The notes: generated by a model from the letters alone, not told the origin. Shown: positions 42,509 through 53,880, counted from the first letter of the stretch. The stretch: 64,000 bases of DNA from Nitrospirota bacterium (GCA_049325335.1 JBMOMC010000037.1:1-64000); one strand, 5' to 3'. A program made the numbers and translations.

Positions 42509-43287
42509 CGGTCGAGAAACTTGGGCTGTCGTTTTTCGAGAAACGCGGTCACGCCCTCGCGTTTGTCCGCGCTCTCGCACACCTGGCCGAACAGTTCGGA
42601 CTCGAGCGCCTGGCCGTCGGCCAGGGACCGCCCGATGCCCTCGCGGATCGCGCGCATCGCGGCGCGAACCGCCACCGCGCTTTTGCCCGCGATTTTCTTG
42701 GCGAGCCCCTGCGCCTGCTTGACCACCTCACCGTCCGGCACCACCTTGTTCACCAAGCCGATCGCCTTGGCCTCGGTTCCGGGAATCTTGTCCCCGGTGA
42801 GAATCAACTCGATCGCTTTGGCTTGCCCAACCAGACGCACCAATCGCTGCGTCCCACCGAAGCCGGGGATGATGCCCAAGTCAATTTCGGGTTGTCCCAT
42901 GCGCACGCGTTCGCCCGCCACGCGCAGGTGGCAGGCCATGGCCAACTCCATGCCGCCGCCCAGGCAGAACAGGCCGTTGATCGCGGCGATCACCGGCTTG
43001 TCCATCCGTTCGATCTGGTCGAAGATGCGTTGGCCGCGCGCCGTGAGTTCGCGGCCTTTCGCGGCGTCCGCGATCCCCGCCACTTCCTGGATGTCCGCCC
43101 CGGAAATGAAGAGTTGCCCCGCCCCCGTGAACACCACGGCCTTCACGGCCTGATCCGCGGCCAGTTCGCGAAAGACGTCCTCGATTTCCGTCATCACCGG
43201 ACTGCTCAACGCATTGGCCGGCGGGTTGCTAAACGTCACCGTCGCGACGCGATCCTCGGTGGTCACCGTCAGATACTGCCGTGGCAT
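42505..43287 (-). CDS. Enoyl-CoA hydratase
   Basis: PPANAL, GADI, GGGMELA, PE..LG..PG.GGTQRL. Confidence 0.94.
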   Translation of the reverse strand: MPRQYLTVTTEDRVATVTFSNPPANALSSPVMTEIEDVFRELAADQAVKAVVFTGAGQLFISGADIQEVAGIADAAKGRELTARGQRIFDQIERMDKPVIAAINGLFCLGGGMELAMACHLRVAGERVRMGQPEIDLGIIPGFGGTQRLVRLVGQAKAIELILTGDKIPGTEAKAIGLVNKVVPDGEVVKQAQGLAKKIAGKSAVAVRAAMRAIREGIGRSLADGQALESELFGQVCESADKREGVTAFLEKRQPKFLDR

Positions 43288-43307
43288 GCGACTCCTCCTT
43301 GAGTCCC

Positions 43308-44540
43308 TCAATACGTGAAAAATCCTCGCTTGGCCTTGACGCCCAAAAAGCCCGCGGCCACCATGCGTTTGAGCATCGGGGCGGGCCAGAACCGGGGGCC
43401 GATCGCGCGGGTCAATCGCTCCATTTCATTGAGCACCACGTCCAACCCGACGTGGTCGGCGTAATGCAGGGGTCCGCCCTTGTCCTGCGGAAACCCGGTC
43501 CCCGCCATCATGGCCACGTCGATGTCCGAAGCCGTGGCCACGCCCTCCTGAAGGCAGATCACGGCTTCGTTGATCAACGGCAGCAACACGCGGTTGGGCG
43601 TGCACTCGGTCCCGCGAATCCCGGTCTGCTTCTGCACGTCCGCGAGGAGCCGCGACAACGCGCCGGCGTCGTTGCGCTCGTCGTATGCGAAGATGCCCGC
43701 GCCGGACTTGGCGCCCATGCGCCCGGCCTTGACCATCGCCGCCAACATCGCGGCGGGCGTCATGCGCGGCCCGAACGAATCGTACAACACGTCCGCGACC
43801 TTGGCCGCCACATCGAGGCCGATCATGTCGGTCAGCGCGAACGGTCCCATGGGCATGCCCAACGCGACCAAGGCCGCGTCCAGGCGTTTGGCTTCGTCGA
43901 GCGCGGCTTCGGGCTTTTCGATCTCCTGTAGCGCCATGGCCGCTTCGTTGAGATACGGCATCAACAGGCGGTTCACCAGAAACCCCGCGCACTCCTGCAC
44001 GCGCACCGGAATCTTGCGCAGGCTTTCCGCGAACGCGACCGCGTCATCCACGGTTTCCGACGACGTCGCCATCCCGGGGATGACTTCAACCAGCTTCATC
44101 ACGTGCGCCGGGTTGAAGAAATGGATGCCCACCACCTTTTCCGGGTGTTTGCGGCCCGCCGCGAGCGCGGAAATGGGCAAGGACGACGTGTTGGTCGCGA
44201 GGATCGCGTTGTCCGGGCAGGCGGCCTCGGCCTCCGCGAACACGCGCCGTTTGATGGCCATATCCTCGAATACCGCCTCGATGACCAGGTCCACGTCGCC
44301 GAAGCCCGCGTAGTCCACGGCCCCCGAGACGAGCGCCATCTTCTGCTCCATCTCGTGCGCGGTCATCTTGCCCTTGTCCACGCGGCTCTGGTAGATCTTG
44401 CGGACCATGGACAACCCGCGTTCGACCGAATCGGGTTTGATGTCCTTGAGGATCACGGGCAACCCCGAATACGAGATGGTCTGAGCAATTTGCGCGCCCA
44501 TGGTTCCCGCGCCGATCACCGCCGCCTTATAGATGTACAT
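43308..44540 (-). CDS. 3-hydroxyacyl-CoA dehydrogenase
   Basis: GAGTMG, EAVFE, TNTSSL, HFFNP, GF.VNR. Confidence 0.94.
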   Translation of the reverse strand: MYIYKAAVIGAGTMGAQIAQTISYSGLPVILKDIKPDSVERGLSMVRKIYQSRVDKGKMTAHEMEQKMALVSGAVDYAGFGDVDLVIEAVFEDMAIKRRVFAEAEAACPDNAILATNTSSLPISALAAGRKHPEKVVGIHFFNPAHVMKLVEVIPGMATSSETVDDAVAFAESLRKIPVRVQECAGFLVNRLLMPYLNEAAMALQEIEKPEAALDEAKRLDAALVALGMPMGPFALTDMIGLDVAAKVADVLYDSFGPRMTPAAMLAAMVKAGRMGAKSGAGIFAYDERNDAGALSRLLADVQKQTGIRGTECTPNRVLLPLINEAVICLQEGVATASDIDVAMMAGTGFPQDKGGPLHYADHVGLDVVLNEMERLTRAIGPRFWPAPMLKRMVAAGFLGVKAKRGFFTY

Positions 44541-44605
44541 ATCGCCTCCTCATCTGAATGCCCCGCAACCGGTTACCTGGCGAACCGGCCCACAACGTTC
44601 CGACG

Positions 44606-45796
44606 TTACTTTCGTTCCAACACCATGGCCGCGCCGATGCCCCCACCCACGCACATGCTCGCGACGCCAAGATGCAGATTCCGCCGCTTCATCTCGCGGA
44701 GCACGGTGATCGCGAGCCGCGTGCCGGTCATGCCCACCGGGTGGCCCAGCGCAATCGCGCCCCCGTTGACGTTCACGATGTCGCGATTTAAGCCCAGTTT
44801 CCGCTCCACGGCCAGGTACTGGGCCGCGAACGCCTCGTTGATCTCAAAGAGCTGAATATCGGACAAGGACAATTTGGCTTTTTTGAGCGCCAGCGGGATC
44901 GCCTCGGCCGGTCCGATCCCCATCCGCTCCGGCGCGACCCCGACAAAGGCGTACGAGCGGATGTATCCCAGCGGCTCGTACCCGAGCGCGCGAGCCCGCT
45001 CCGCCGACATCACCAGCGTGGCGGCCGCGCCGTCGTTGAGGGAACAGGAGTTGCCGGGCGTAACAGTCCCCCCCTCCTTAAACACGGTGGGGTACAGCGC
45101 GAGTTGCTGCTCGGTGAGCGCGGCATTCGGTCCTTCGTCCTGCGCGAACGGCTCGGGCGTGACCTCCTTGCCCGCCATCTTCTTGGGCACCGAGACGGTC
45201 ACGATTTCGTCCTTGAATTTGCCTTCCCGCACCGCGCGGAACGCCCGCTTGTGCGAGAGTAACGCAAACCTGTCTTGTTCATCCCGGGTGACTTTGAACT
45301 CCTCGGCCAAATTCTCCGCAGTGTACCCCATGATCATGCCGCAGAACCCGTCGGTCAATCCCTCCCAAATGCTGTCGATGAACGAGCCGTGTTTGAGCCG
45401 CTTGCCCCACCGCATGTCGCGCGACACGAACGGCGCCTGGCTCATGCTCTCGGTGCCGCCCACGATCTGCACGTCCGCGTCGCCGGCCTGGATGGCCTGG
45501 TACGCGTTGACCAGCGATTGCAGCCCCGAGGAGCAGTTGCGCTGGACCGTGTACGCCGGCACCGTGATCGGCAGACCCGCGTACAACGCGATGTTGCGCG
45601 CCATGTTGGTCGCGTCGGAGTGTTGGCCCACGCAGCCGAAGATCACCTCGTCCACCGCGTCGGGCGCGATCTTGGTGCGCTCGATCACGGCCTTGACCAC
45701 GGCCGCGCCCATGGCATGGGCGGTCACATCTTTCAGGGCCCCGCCGAAATTCCCGATCGGGGTGCGAACCCCGTCAACAATGACTACGTCCTTCAT
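44606..45796 (-). CDS. Acetyl-CoA C-acyltransferase (thiolase)
   Basis: NCSSG, NEAFA, GHPVG, CVGGG.G. Confidence 0.96.
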   Translation of the reverse strand: MKDVVIVDGVRTPIGNFGGALKDVTAHAMGAAVVKAVIERTKIAPDAVDEVIFGCVGQHSDATNMARNIALYAGLPITVPAYTVQRNCSSGLQSLVNAYQAIQAGDADVQIVGGTESMSQAPFVSRDMRWGKRLKHGSFIDSIWEGLTDGFCGMIMGYTAENLAEEFKVTRDEQDRFALLSHKRAFRAVREGKFKDEIVTVSVPKKMAGKEVTPEPFAQDEGPNAALTEQQLALYPTVFKEGGTVTPGNSCSLNDGAAATLVMSAERARALGYEPLGYIRSYAFVGVAPERMGIGPAEAIPLALKKAKLSLSDIQLFEINEAFAAQYLAVERKLGLNRDIVNVNGGAIALGHPVGMTGTRLAITVLREMKRRNLHLGVASMCVGGGIGAAMVLERK

Positions 45797-45811
45797 ACGC
45801 GCTCCAGGCTG

Positions 45812-47494
45812 TTATCCCACCAGGGCATGACGCTTCTTGCGTTCCTCGTCCAGCAGTACGCGGCGCAACACCTTCCCCACGATGGTCCGGGGCAACTCGG
45901 AACGGAATTCCACGGCCTTGGGCACCTTAAATTTCGCCAGTTCCCGCCCGCAGTACGCGACGAGTTCCTCTTCGGTCGCGGTTTCGCCCTCCCGAAGGAC
46001 CACGTACGCCTTGATCATCTCGCCCATGAATTCTTCCGGTACGCCGACCACCACCGCGTCCTTGACCTTAGGGTGCCGGAACAGAACCTCCTCGATGTCG
46101 CGCGGGTACACATTTTCGCCCTTGGTCTTGATCATGTCCTTCTTGCGATCCACGATCGTGAAATACCCGTCAACGTCCATGGTCGCGATATCCCCGGTGT
46201 ACAGCCACCCGTTGCGCAACACGCCGGCGGTTTCGTCGGGCCGCCGCCAATACCCCTTCATGACCTGGGGCCCGCGGATGACCAATTCGCCGGATTCACC
46301 GACCGGCATCTCGCGCGTTCCCGTCTCCACGTCCATAACTGTAGCCTCGGTATCGGGCAACGGCAACCCGATGGTGCCCTTGATCCGCCGCCCGAAGATC
46401 GGGTTCACGTGCGTGACCGGCGAGGCCTCGCTCAACCCGAAGCCCTCTACCACCTTGCCGCCCGTCAACGCCTCGAACCGTTCCTGCACCTCCACGTGCA
46501 GCGGGCCCGCGCCGCTGATGCAGATCCGGATACACGACAGATCGTACCGCCCCACGTCCGGAAAATTGTTGATCGCCACGTACATGGCCTGCACACCCAT
46601 AAAAATCGTGACGCGCGATTTCACGATGGCGCGCAACACGTCTTTGGTCGCAAAACGCGGGAGCAACACGATCAACCCGCCGGTGGCGATCGCCAAGTTC
46701 ATGCAGGCCGTCATCCCGTACACGTGAAAAAACGGAATCACGCCCAGGAACACTTCCGCTCCATCGCGCAGGGACGGCATCCACGCGCGGCACTGCAGGG
46801 TGTTGGCGACCAGGTTGCGGTGCGTGAGCATCACGCCCTTGGGCACGCCGGTGGTGCCGCCCGTGTATTGCAGCAGGGCCAAATCGTCCGGCGCGACCTC
46901 AACATCCGGGGCCTCATCGCGTCCCGACGCCAGCAGGGATTGCCAATCATACACGGGCGGAGTCTTGGGCACGGAGACACTCGTACCTTCGCGCCACGCC
47001 TTGAGCGGGTAGAGGATGGCCAAATACCACGGCAGCGCGTCCCGGACCGAGGTCACGATGACGGCCTCCAATCCCGCGCTCGCTCGCACCGCCTCGACCC
47101 GCGGGTAAAACAGATCGAGCGCCACGATCACCCGCGCCTCCGCGTCTCGGACCTGCTGTTCAATCTCCCGCTCCACGTACAACGGATTGACCTCGACCAC
47201 CACGGCCCCGAGCTTGAGCGCGCCGTAATAGGCGATGACGGCTTGCGGCGCGTTGGGCAACATCACCGCCACCCGATCCCCTTTGCGGACGCCCAGCCCG
47301 GCGAGCGCGTGCGCGAATCGGTTGGCGGCGCGGTCCAACTGAAGATAGGTGAGGCGTCGTCCGTAAAAATCCAACGCGGGGCGCGCGGGATACTTCTCAG
47401 CCGAGGCGGCCAAGAACCGGTGCAGGGGCACGGCGGGGTACTGGAGGGAGCCGGGAATCCCCGGCTCGTAGGAATCGACCCAGCGCGGGATCAT
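45812..47494 (-). CDS. fadD: Long-chain fatty acid--CoA ligase
   Basis: YTGGTTGVPKG, EGFGLSE, TGD, DRKKD, VGK. Confidence 0.93.
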   Translation of the reverse strand: MIPRWVDSYEPGIPGSLQYPAVPLHRFLAASAEKYPARPALDFYGRRLTYLQLDRAANRFAHALAGLGVRKGDRVAVMLPNAPQAVIAYYGALKLGAVVVEVNPLYVEREIEQQVRDAEARVIVALDLFYPRVEAVRASAGLEAVIVTSVRDALPWYLAILYPLKAWREGTSVSVPKTPPVYDWQSLLASGRDEAPDVEVAPDDLALLQYTGGTTGVPKGVMLTHRNLVANTLQCRAWMPSLRDGAEVFLGVIPFFHVYGMTACMNLAIATGGLIVLLPRFATKDVLRAIVKSRVTIFMGVQAMYVAINNFPDVGRYDLSCIRICISGAGPLHVEVQERFEALTGGKVVEGFGLSEASPVTHVNPIFGRRIKGTIGLPLPDTEATVMDVETGTREMPVGESGELVIRGPQVMKGYWRRPDETAGVLRNGWLYTGDIATMDVDGYFTIVDRKKDMIKTKGENVYPRDIEEVLFRHPKVKDAVVVGVPEEFMGEMIKAYVVLREGETATEEELVAYCGRELAKFKVPKAVEFRSELPRTIVGKVLRRVLLDEERKKRHALVG

Positions 47495-47781
47495 GCAACC
47501 CCGCCGCGTGGAAACCGCACAGGTTGCACGCCCGGTCGGGCCATACGGAGGCTCTGAATCACGTCCCTATGGTTCCCAGCATCCCCGACAAGTCTTCCTC
47601 GACCCGGGATCGATGGCGCGACAAATAGCGAAACGGTATACCCAGCATCCCCCGTCTCGTCGCCGCTCGTGGCTGACTCTAGCCCAGGGGATACCCGTTG
47701 TCAAGAAATCGGGACGTCGCGGCGCCGCCGCGGGCGCGGTTGCGCTGGACTTTCCGTTGAGCCGGCTATACGATCAGTTGC

Positions 47782-48384
47782 GTGGCGACCGCACTCGATA
47801 AAGGCACGTTGCTCATCGCGGGTCCCGGCCTGTACGACCCCAACTTCCGCCAATCCGTGATTCTGCTCTGCGAGCACAACGACCGCGGCAGCATGGGCCT
47901 GGTCATCAACCGGCCGACGGAACTGGTGCTCACCGAGGCCGTCCACCAACTCTCCGGGACCGACCGCGACGACGTCATCTACTCGGGCGGGCCCGTCCAA
48001 CCCGATCACCTGCTGATCCTGATTCGCTCCGACGCGGCGCCGCCCTCGTCCCACCATGTGTTCGGCGACGTGTACCTGGGCACGGATCTGCCGACGCTCA
48101 AGTCGTTACTGGACCCGAATACCGCCCGCGAGGCCGCGCCGGATGCCGCCGAACCCCACCCGATGCCGACGGAATCCGCGTTTCGCGGCTACGCCGGGTA
48201 CGCCGGATGGTCGCAGGGGCAACTCGACGCGGAGATGGCAACGGATTCCTGGATCGTCGCGCCGGCGGATTCCAAATGGATCTTCGACGCGGATCCCAAA
48301 ATCGTCTGGCCGGAGTTGATGCGCGCGTTGGGCCCGCGCCACGCCAAATACGCCACCATGCCGCGCGATCCGGGATTAAACTGA
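47782..48384 (+). CDS. YqgE/AlgH-family protein
   Basis: D.NF..SV.L..EH...G..GL..NRP, GGPV, GYAGW..GQL..E. Confidence 0.93.
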   Translation: MATALDKGTLLIAGPGLYDPNFRQSVILLCEHNDRGSMGLVINRPTELVLTEAVHQLSGTDRDDVIYSGGPVQPDHLLILIRSDAAPPSSHHVFGDVYLGTDLPTLKSLLDPNTAREAAPDAAEPHPMPTESAFRGYAGYAGWSQGQLDAEMATDSWIVAPADSKWIFDADPKIVWPELMRALGPRHAKYATMPRDPGLN

Positions 48385-48436
48385 CCGACGCTCAGCAGTA
48401 ATGATTAGGGCACGCCCAGTCGCCGGGAGACGGTGA

Positions 48437-48979
48437 CTACAGCCACCCCAACGCTTCCAGCTTCTTGATCACCTTCAGCGCGCACTGCTCTACACTCTCT
48501 TGGCTCGTGCGCAGCGTGACTTCGGGGTTGAGCGGCGCTTCGTAGGGATCGTCGATGCCCGTGAACTGTTTGAGCTCACCGGCCCGCGCCTTGCGGTACA
48601 GCCCCTTCACGTCGCGCGACTCGCACACATCGAGCGGGCACTCGGCGTAGACCTCCACGAACCGCCCCACCATCTTGCGCACCTCGTCGCGCACCCCGCG
48701 GTACGGCGAGATCGCGGCCGCGATGTTGGGCACCCCATGTTTGGTCAACACGTGGCAGACCCAGCCGATGCGACGGATATTGGTGTCGCGATCCTCGCGG
48801 CTGAACCCAAGGCCCTTGCTCAGGTGCGTGCGCACCACGTCGCCGTCCAGAATTTCCACCTCTCGCCCCATCCGCTGCCGTAACAATTCCGCCAGACGAT
48901 GCGCCACCGTGGTCTTGCCCGCGCCGGACAGGCCGGTGAACCAAATGGTAAAGCCCTTCTCCCCCACTCTGGTGGACAC
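48437..48979 (-). CDS. cysC: Adenylyl-sulfate kinase
   Basis: [33 protein letters not shown]. Confidence 0.96.
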   Translation of the reverse strand: MSTRVGEKGFTIWFTGLSGAGKTTVAHRLAELLRQRMGREVEILDGDVVRTHLSKGLGFSREDRDTNIRRIGWVCHVLTKHGVPNIAAAISPYRGVRDEVRKMVGRFVEVYAECPLDVCESRDVKGLYRKARAGELKQFTGIDDPYEAPLNPEVTLRTSQESVEQCALKVIKKLEALGWL

Positions 48980-49002
48980 CGTTATTTGCTCCTTTCGTGT
49001 GA

Positions 49003-49959
49003 TCAGAATGAGTCGCTGACGTCTCGAACTCGCGCCGATTGGCGCGGCCTCATCACAGCCGGATGGATGTGTCCCCACGGGCTCATTGGCCGGACGTGCC
49101 ACCACAACGCACGGAAGAGAGACCCGATGACGTCCATGTCCGCTCGGATCATGCCGCGACACAACCTGGCCAATACAACGATCGTAAACACCGGCACGAA
49201 CGCAACCCAGTGGTACGCCGAAGCGTGCTTACGCATAAAGTAGATCCAGTTTCGCGTTCGGTAGTACGCCGTGATGGGATTGAGCCCCTTCCCTGAGCTG
49301 GCCTCACCCTTGTGGTACACGATTGCGGAGGGCGCGCACACGACCCGATAGCCGACACGCCTGCCCCGAAAACACCAATCCACCTCGTCGTAGTACGCAA
49401 AAAACACCTCATCCAATAAGCCGACCTTCTCGATAAACTCACGCGACACCAGTAACGAGCACCCGACCACGTAATCCACGTCGCGCGGCTTCATGTCAGT
49501 CTCACGGTCCGGCTGTCCGGTTGCGATGCGCCGCCGATTAAACCACAAACTCTGCGACTCGCCGCACGAGTACACGAGGTGACGGTCAGGTTCACACAGC
49601 ACCTTCGGCCCCACGACCCCGATGGTTCGATCCCCACCCGCAACGCGGGTGAGTTCGGTGAGCACATCGGGATCAACAATCGTATCGTTGTTGAGGATCA
49701 AGACGTAGTCGGCGCCCCGGCGCAAGGCCCAGTGAATGCCCGCGTTGTTCCCACCCGCGTAGCCGAGATTGCTCCCCGTTTCGATCACATCCAGTCCGGG
49801 AAAGCGCCCCGCGAGCACCTCCGGCGAGCCGTCGGTGGAGCCGTTGTCGACGACGACCGCCGTGAACCGGGGGTAGCGAAGACGCTGGACCGACTCCACG
49901 CACCGAATCGTGTCGTCGCAACGATTCCAATTCAAAACAATGACGATGACAAGCGGCAC
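49003..49959 (-). CDS. GT2 glycosyltransferase
   Basis: [31 protein letters not shown]. Confidence 0.93.
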   Translation of the reverse strand: MPLVIVIVLNWNRCDDTIRCVESVQRLRYPRFTAVVVDNGSTDGSPEVLAGRFPGLDVIETGSNLGYAGGNNAGIHWALRRGADYVLILNNDTIVDPDVLTELTRVAGGDRTIGVVGPKVLCEPDRHLVYSCGESQSLWFNRRRIATGQPDRETDMKPRDVDYVVGCSLLVSREFIEKVGLLDEVFFAYYDEVDWCFRGRRVGYRVVCAPSAIVYHKGEASSGKGLNPITAYYRTRNWIYFMRKHASAYHWVAFVPVFTIVVLARLCRGMIRADMDVIGSLFRALWWHVRPMSPWGHIHPAVMRPRQSARVRDVSDSF

Positions 49960-49973
49960 GTGCTCCTCGGCCC

Positions 49974-51032
49974 TCACGACGCGGAGGCTTTCGGACACGG
50001 CGGTGGCGATGCCGCCCAAAAGAGCAGCGCGCGGACGAGGTCCCTCCCCGCCCCTTTCATGCCTGAAGAATACCGGTGATAGCGCAGCGTCAGCAGCTCC
50101 CGAACCACCATGGGGAAACGGGACAACGGTCGGCTGGACATCAGCGCCCTCGCCCGGAGGTGCCGCACCTTCGCACGAAACAGGGCCAGAACGGGATGCG
50201 TCGGCGACTCCAAGACCGCCGCCAAACGGTCGCATGCCATCTGGTATCGATCGGCGTAGGCAACGAAGTCGTGATCCCATTTTCCGACGTACGCGCGGGG
50301 ATCCGCCCAGGCATCGGAGACGGCCGCCCGCACCATCTCGAAGACACTCGTCTCGCGTTCGCGCTTCATCTTCATCGCACCGATCTGCTGCCCGCCGTGC
50401 TGCCGGTAATCAATCAGTGGATCGGGAATGATGGCCAAGTCGGCGACGGCGGAGATCAGCAAGGCCATCCACGCATCGTGCATCCAATCCGCGGGAATGG
50501 GGAGAATCAACTTGCGGAAGTCCGAGCGAAACACCGCCGTGGCACCGGTCACCACGTTTTCCTTGAGGAGCACCTCCAAGCCGCGCCCATCCCGTACCAA
50601 CCGCCGCTGAGCGGCATCAAACCCCACAGCCTCCCACAGGCGATAGCCCAGGGGGCAAAGCGAGTCATCCACCACCTCGCCATCGGTGAACACCGCCCCG
50701 ACATCGGGCGACATCGAGAACGCCGCAACAATCCGCTCCAGCTTCTCAAGCCGCCACACGTCGTCCTGATCCGACAACGCGATCAGATCGCCTTCACACC
50801 GTTGGATTGCCTGCTCGAAATTCTTGGTGGAACCGAGAGCCGTCGGATTGAGGAAGAGACGGACCGGAAACGGCGCGTGAGACGCGAAGGCCCGAACGAT
50901 GGCGACCGTGTCGTCGGTCGAGCCGTCGTCGCAGACCACCAGCTCGTGGGGCGTGAGCGTTTGCGCCGCGAGGCTCTCGAGCTGCTCCGCGAGGTACCGG
51001 CGACCGTTGTACGTGGCCAACGCGACGGACAC
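49974..51032 (-). CDS. GT2 glycosyltransferase (rhamnosyltransferase-like)
   Basis: ATYNG, DDGSTD, SDQDDVW, HD.W, YRQH. Confidence 0.93.
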   Translation of the reverse strand: MSVALATYNGRRYLAEQLESLAAQTLTPHELVVCDDGSTDDTVAIVRAFASHAPFPVRLFLNPTALGSTKNFEQAIQRCEGDLIALSDQDDVWRLEKLERIVAAFSMSPDVGAVFTDGEVVDDSLCPLGYRLWEAVGFDAAQRRLVRDGRGLEVLLKENVVTGATAVFRSDFRKLILPIPADWMHDAWMALLISAVADLAIIPDPLIDYRQHGGQQIGAMKMKRERETSVFEMVRAAVSDAWADPRAYVGKWDHDFVAYADRYQMACDRLAAVLESPTHPVLALFRAKVRHLRARALMSSRPLSRFPMVVRELLTLRYHRYSSGMKGAGRDLVRALLFWAASPPPCPKASAS

Positions 51033-51072
51033 GCGCCCGCCCTGAGGAGCCCGCTCGGCTCCGGCCGCCCTC

Positions 51073-53880
51073 TTAGATTCTGAAGCTAAAATCCGTCTTC
51101 TCGAGCGTCAGGTTGGGACTGTAATACGGATCGCCGGCGTCGAAGACGCGCTTCCAGCGCGTCTTCATCAACGCGATCTCCCGGTCCAGCCGCGCTCGCT
51201 CCTCCGGTTTGTCGTCATGCCCCCGGCTCACGGACTCGTGGTGATAGAGCTCGGCGTACGGGGTATAGACGACCAGGTAGCCCTTGTCCCGAATCCTCAG
51301 GCAGAGATCCACGTCGTTGAACGAATGCGAGAACGCCTCGTCGAAGCCGCCCACCTCGTCGAAGACCGTCCGCCGCATCATCATGCACGCCGCGGTGACC
51401 GCGGTCAGGTTCTGAATGATGTTGATCCGTCCCATGTACCCCCGGGCCGACCGGGGATAGTGCTTGTGCGCGTGGTCCGCAACACCCCAGTAGCCAACGA
51501 TCGTCCCGGCGTGCTGAATGGTATCGTTCGGGTAGTACAGCTTAGCTCCCACGGCCCCCACGTCGTCCCGCTGCGCGAATTCCAACATGGCGTCGAGCCA
51601 CTCGGGGTTGATCACCTCGGTGTCATTGTTCAGAAACACCAGATAGTCCGAGTCCGTGCCGCGAACCGCGAAGTTGTTGACGGCGGAAAAATTGAAGGGC
51701 TGGTCATACCGCGCCACCCGGACCTTGGCGTGATCCGTGACGCGGTCGAAATACGCCAACGTCTCCGGCTCCCGACTTCCGTTGTCGACGATCAGGATCG
51801 TGAAGACCTCATGACGCGTCTTGGCGAGCACGGACGACACGCAGCGCTCCAGCAGATGGAGCTTGTCTCTGGTGGGCACGATGATGGTGACATGCTGGCC
51901 CGGCCGCACGCGATACTTGACGCGGTAACTTCCCAGCGCGTCGCCGTCCAGGACCTCCGCGTCCAGGCCGCGGCGAGTCAGGTGCTCCGCGATGGCCCGT
52001 TTCGCGGCGGAGACGGCATACGGCTTCACCTTCACCCCGGCCGCGGTCGATGCCGTGGCCGCCCGCCAGTGATACAGCACCTTGGGAATCCGCCGGATCG
52101 CCTGCGTCTTCTCAACCGCGCGCAGCAGCAGGTCGTAGTCCTGCGCCCCGTCATATCCCTCGCGAAACCCGCCCAACTCGTCCAGGATCCGCTTCCTCAC
52201 CACCGCGAAATGACACAGGTAGTTATAGGACAGGAACGTGTCCGGCGCCCACCCTGACTTGAACTCCGGATCATATCGCCTGGTGCCCGAGGCCGGCACC
52301 TTATCTTCGTCGGAGTAGATGATGTCCGTGGGCGAGCCCTGATTGAGCAGCTTGACGACTTCGTGCAACGCAAACGGCGCGAGCATATCATCGTGGTCCA
52401 GAAACCCCACGTACTCTCCGGACGCTAGCCGCAACGCTTCGTTCGCGTTGCCGGCGATCCCGCGGTTCTTGTCCAGCCGCAGGAATTTGACTCTGGGTTC
52501 CCTGCCCGTGAACGCCTCGATGATTTCCCTCACGTACGGCTGATCGGATCCCCCGTCGACGATGCACAGCTCCCAGCGGTCGTAGAGCTGATCGGCCACG
52601 GATTCGAGACAGCGGGTCAGGGCATACCGCGTGGGATTGAACACCGGCGTCACCAGGCTGACCAGCGGCCGGTACGACCAGGCCGTGGACTCCGCCCGCA
52701 TCGTCGGGAATTCAGCGCGCGTCGGCTCATGCTTCGTGATCCAAAATCGATATGGCCAGTACTCCATGTACACGAAATTGACCAACCCATGCTCGATGAT
52801 TTTTCTGGCCTTCGCGTCCACCCAACTGTAAACAGCTCGTCTCCCCGAATGAAGAGGGAGCAGCGTATCCCGTACCCGGTGGTACTTCCTCACGAGAACA
52901 CGGGTCAGTTTGTAATGGATCCGATTCAATTCCGAGTCTCGATTCGCCAGCGCGGACTCCAACGCGGCCACTCGCTGCGCAAGCGCCTTCTCTGACGTGA
53001 GTCGTGCGTCAATCTCGTGCCGAAAATAGGCCGAAAACTCGGTAAATGTCCGGCGAACCTGTTCGACCGGGTTCTGAAATCCTGGATCGGAAACCCGTAC
53101 GGCGTTTCGCGCGATGTCGTCCAACATCCGGTGCAGGTGAACGACATCATCCGGCGCCTGTTCCGCCAACAGCTCCTCGCGTGGGGACGCGTTATGCCGA
53201 AGGTCCGGCCTGAGAAACCCCTGCATGTCCTTCCGAAGTTGGGAATCGTCCTGCAGCCACAAAACGCCGAGCCCAGCCGCGCACCGCCTCAACTCAGGCT
53301 CCCAGTCGCTCATCAACCGGTCGAATGACACAAACACCGTCGGAACACCTCGAACCGCATCCAACGCGGCCAGATTCGCCGTCAACCAAAGGCCCCACGA
53401 CTTCTCGAACGGGAATCCGTCGCGCCGCTTCAACGACTTCGCGACATCAAGCGGATTGCGGACGACATAGACACAAGATAACGAGATGCCCAACTCCGCC
53501 AACACATCCTTCCAAAGCGGAAGGATGAGCGTGGTCCGGGGATCCTTCCATGCCCATAACGGCCGTGGGCCGAACTGGGTGCGAACCAACCTCACTAATT
53601 CATCTCGGAAGTCCTTGACCTCCGGTGATCGCTCCCATCCCGCTGGAAGCAAGCCGACCGTGTGCCATCTCCGTCCAAATCTCGCGAGAATTCTGTCGTG
53701 CAAGTCGACGACATCGCGTCGCTCAAACACCCCTTCTTGATTGTCAGGAACCGGCGGTAGAAGCTCCCTCTCTTCTCCAAGATAGGCCCCGAGAAGATTG
53801 ACCGCCCGCGAGACCACCGACGTGCCGCTCCGGTGCATGCCGAGAATACACACGGCTCGCGGCGACCTCTTAGAGTCCAT
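51073..53880 (-). CDS. Fusion of a sulfotransferase-like domain, a coiled coil and two GT2 domains
   Basis: ILGMHRSGTS, WKDPR, RNP.DV..SL; heptad stretch; first GT2 (LDHDD, YSDED); second GT2 (FLNND, FNDVD.C.R). Confidence 0.9.
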   Translation of the reverse strand: MDSKRSPRAVCILGMHRSGTSVVSRAVNLLGAYLGEERELLPPVPDNQEGVFERRDVVDLHDRILARFGRRWHTVGLLPAGWERSPEVKDFRDELVRLVRTQFGPRPLWAWKDPRTTLILPLWKDVLAELGISLSCVYVVRNPLDVAKSLKRRDGFPFEKSWGLWLTANLAALDAVRGVPTVFVSFDRLMSDWEPELRRCAAGLGVLWLQDDSQLRKDMQGFLRPDLRHNASPREELLAEQAPDDVVHLHRMLDDIARNAVRVSDPGFQNPVEQVRRTFTEFSAYFRHEIDARLTSEKALAQRVAALESALANRDSELNRIHYKLTRVLVRKYHRVRDTLLPLHSGRRAVYSWVDAKARKIIEHGLVNFVYMEYWPYRFWITKHEPTRAEFPTMRAESTAWSYRPLVSLVTPVFNPTRYALTRCLESVADQLYDRWELCIVDGGSDQPYVREIIEAFTGREPRVKFLRLDKNRGIAGNANEALRLASGEYVGFLDHDDMLAPFALHEVVKLLNQGSPTDIIYSDEDKVPASGTRRYDPEFKSGWAPDTFLSYNYLCHFAVVRKRILDELGGFREGYDGAQDYDLLLRAVEKTQAIRRIPKVLYHWRAATASTAAGVKVKPYAVSAAKRAIAEHLTRRGLDAEVLDGDALGSYRVKYRVRPGQHVTIIVPTRDKLHLLERCVSSVLAKTRHEVFTILIVDNGSREPETLAYFDRVTDHAKVRVARYDQPFNFSAVNNFAVRGTDSDYLVFLNNDTEVINPEWLDAMLEFAQRDDVGAVGAKLYYPNDTIQHAGTIVGYWGVADHAHKHYPRSARGYMGRINIIQNLTAVTAACMMMRRTVFDEVGGFDEAFSHSFNDVDLCLRIRDKGYLVVYTPYAELYHHESVSRGHDDKPEERARLDREIALMKTRWKRVFDAGDPYYSPNLTLEKTDFSFRI

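Noticed and set aside
45275..47557. 760-aa plus-strand ORF, and similar long ORFs at 1040-2635, 7614-9215 and 20516-22213
   Set aside because: Antisense shadows of well-supported genes in high-GC DNA, with no recognisable motifs.
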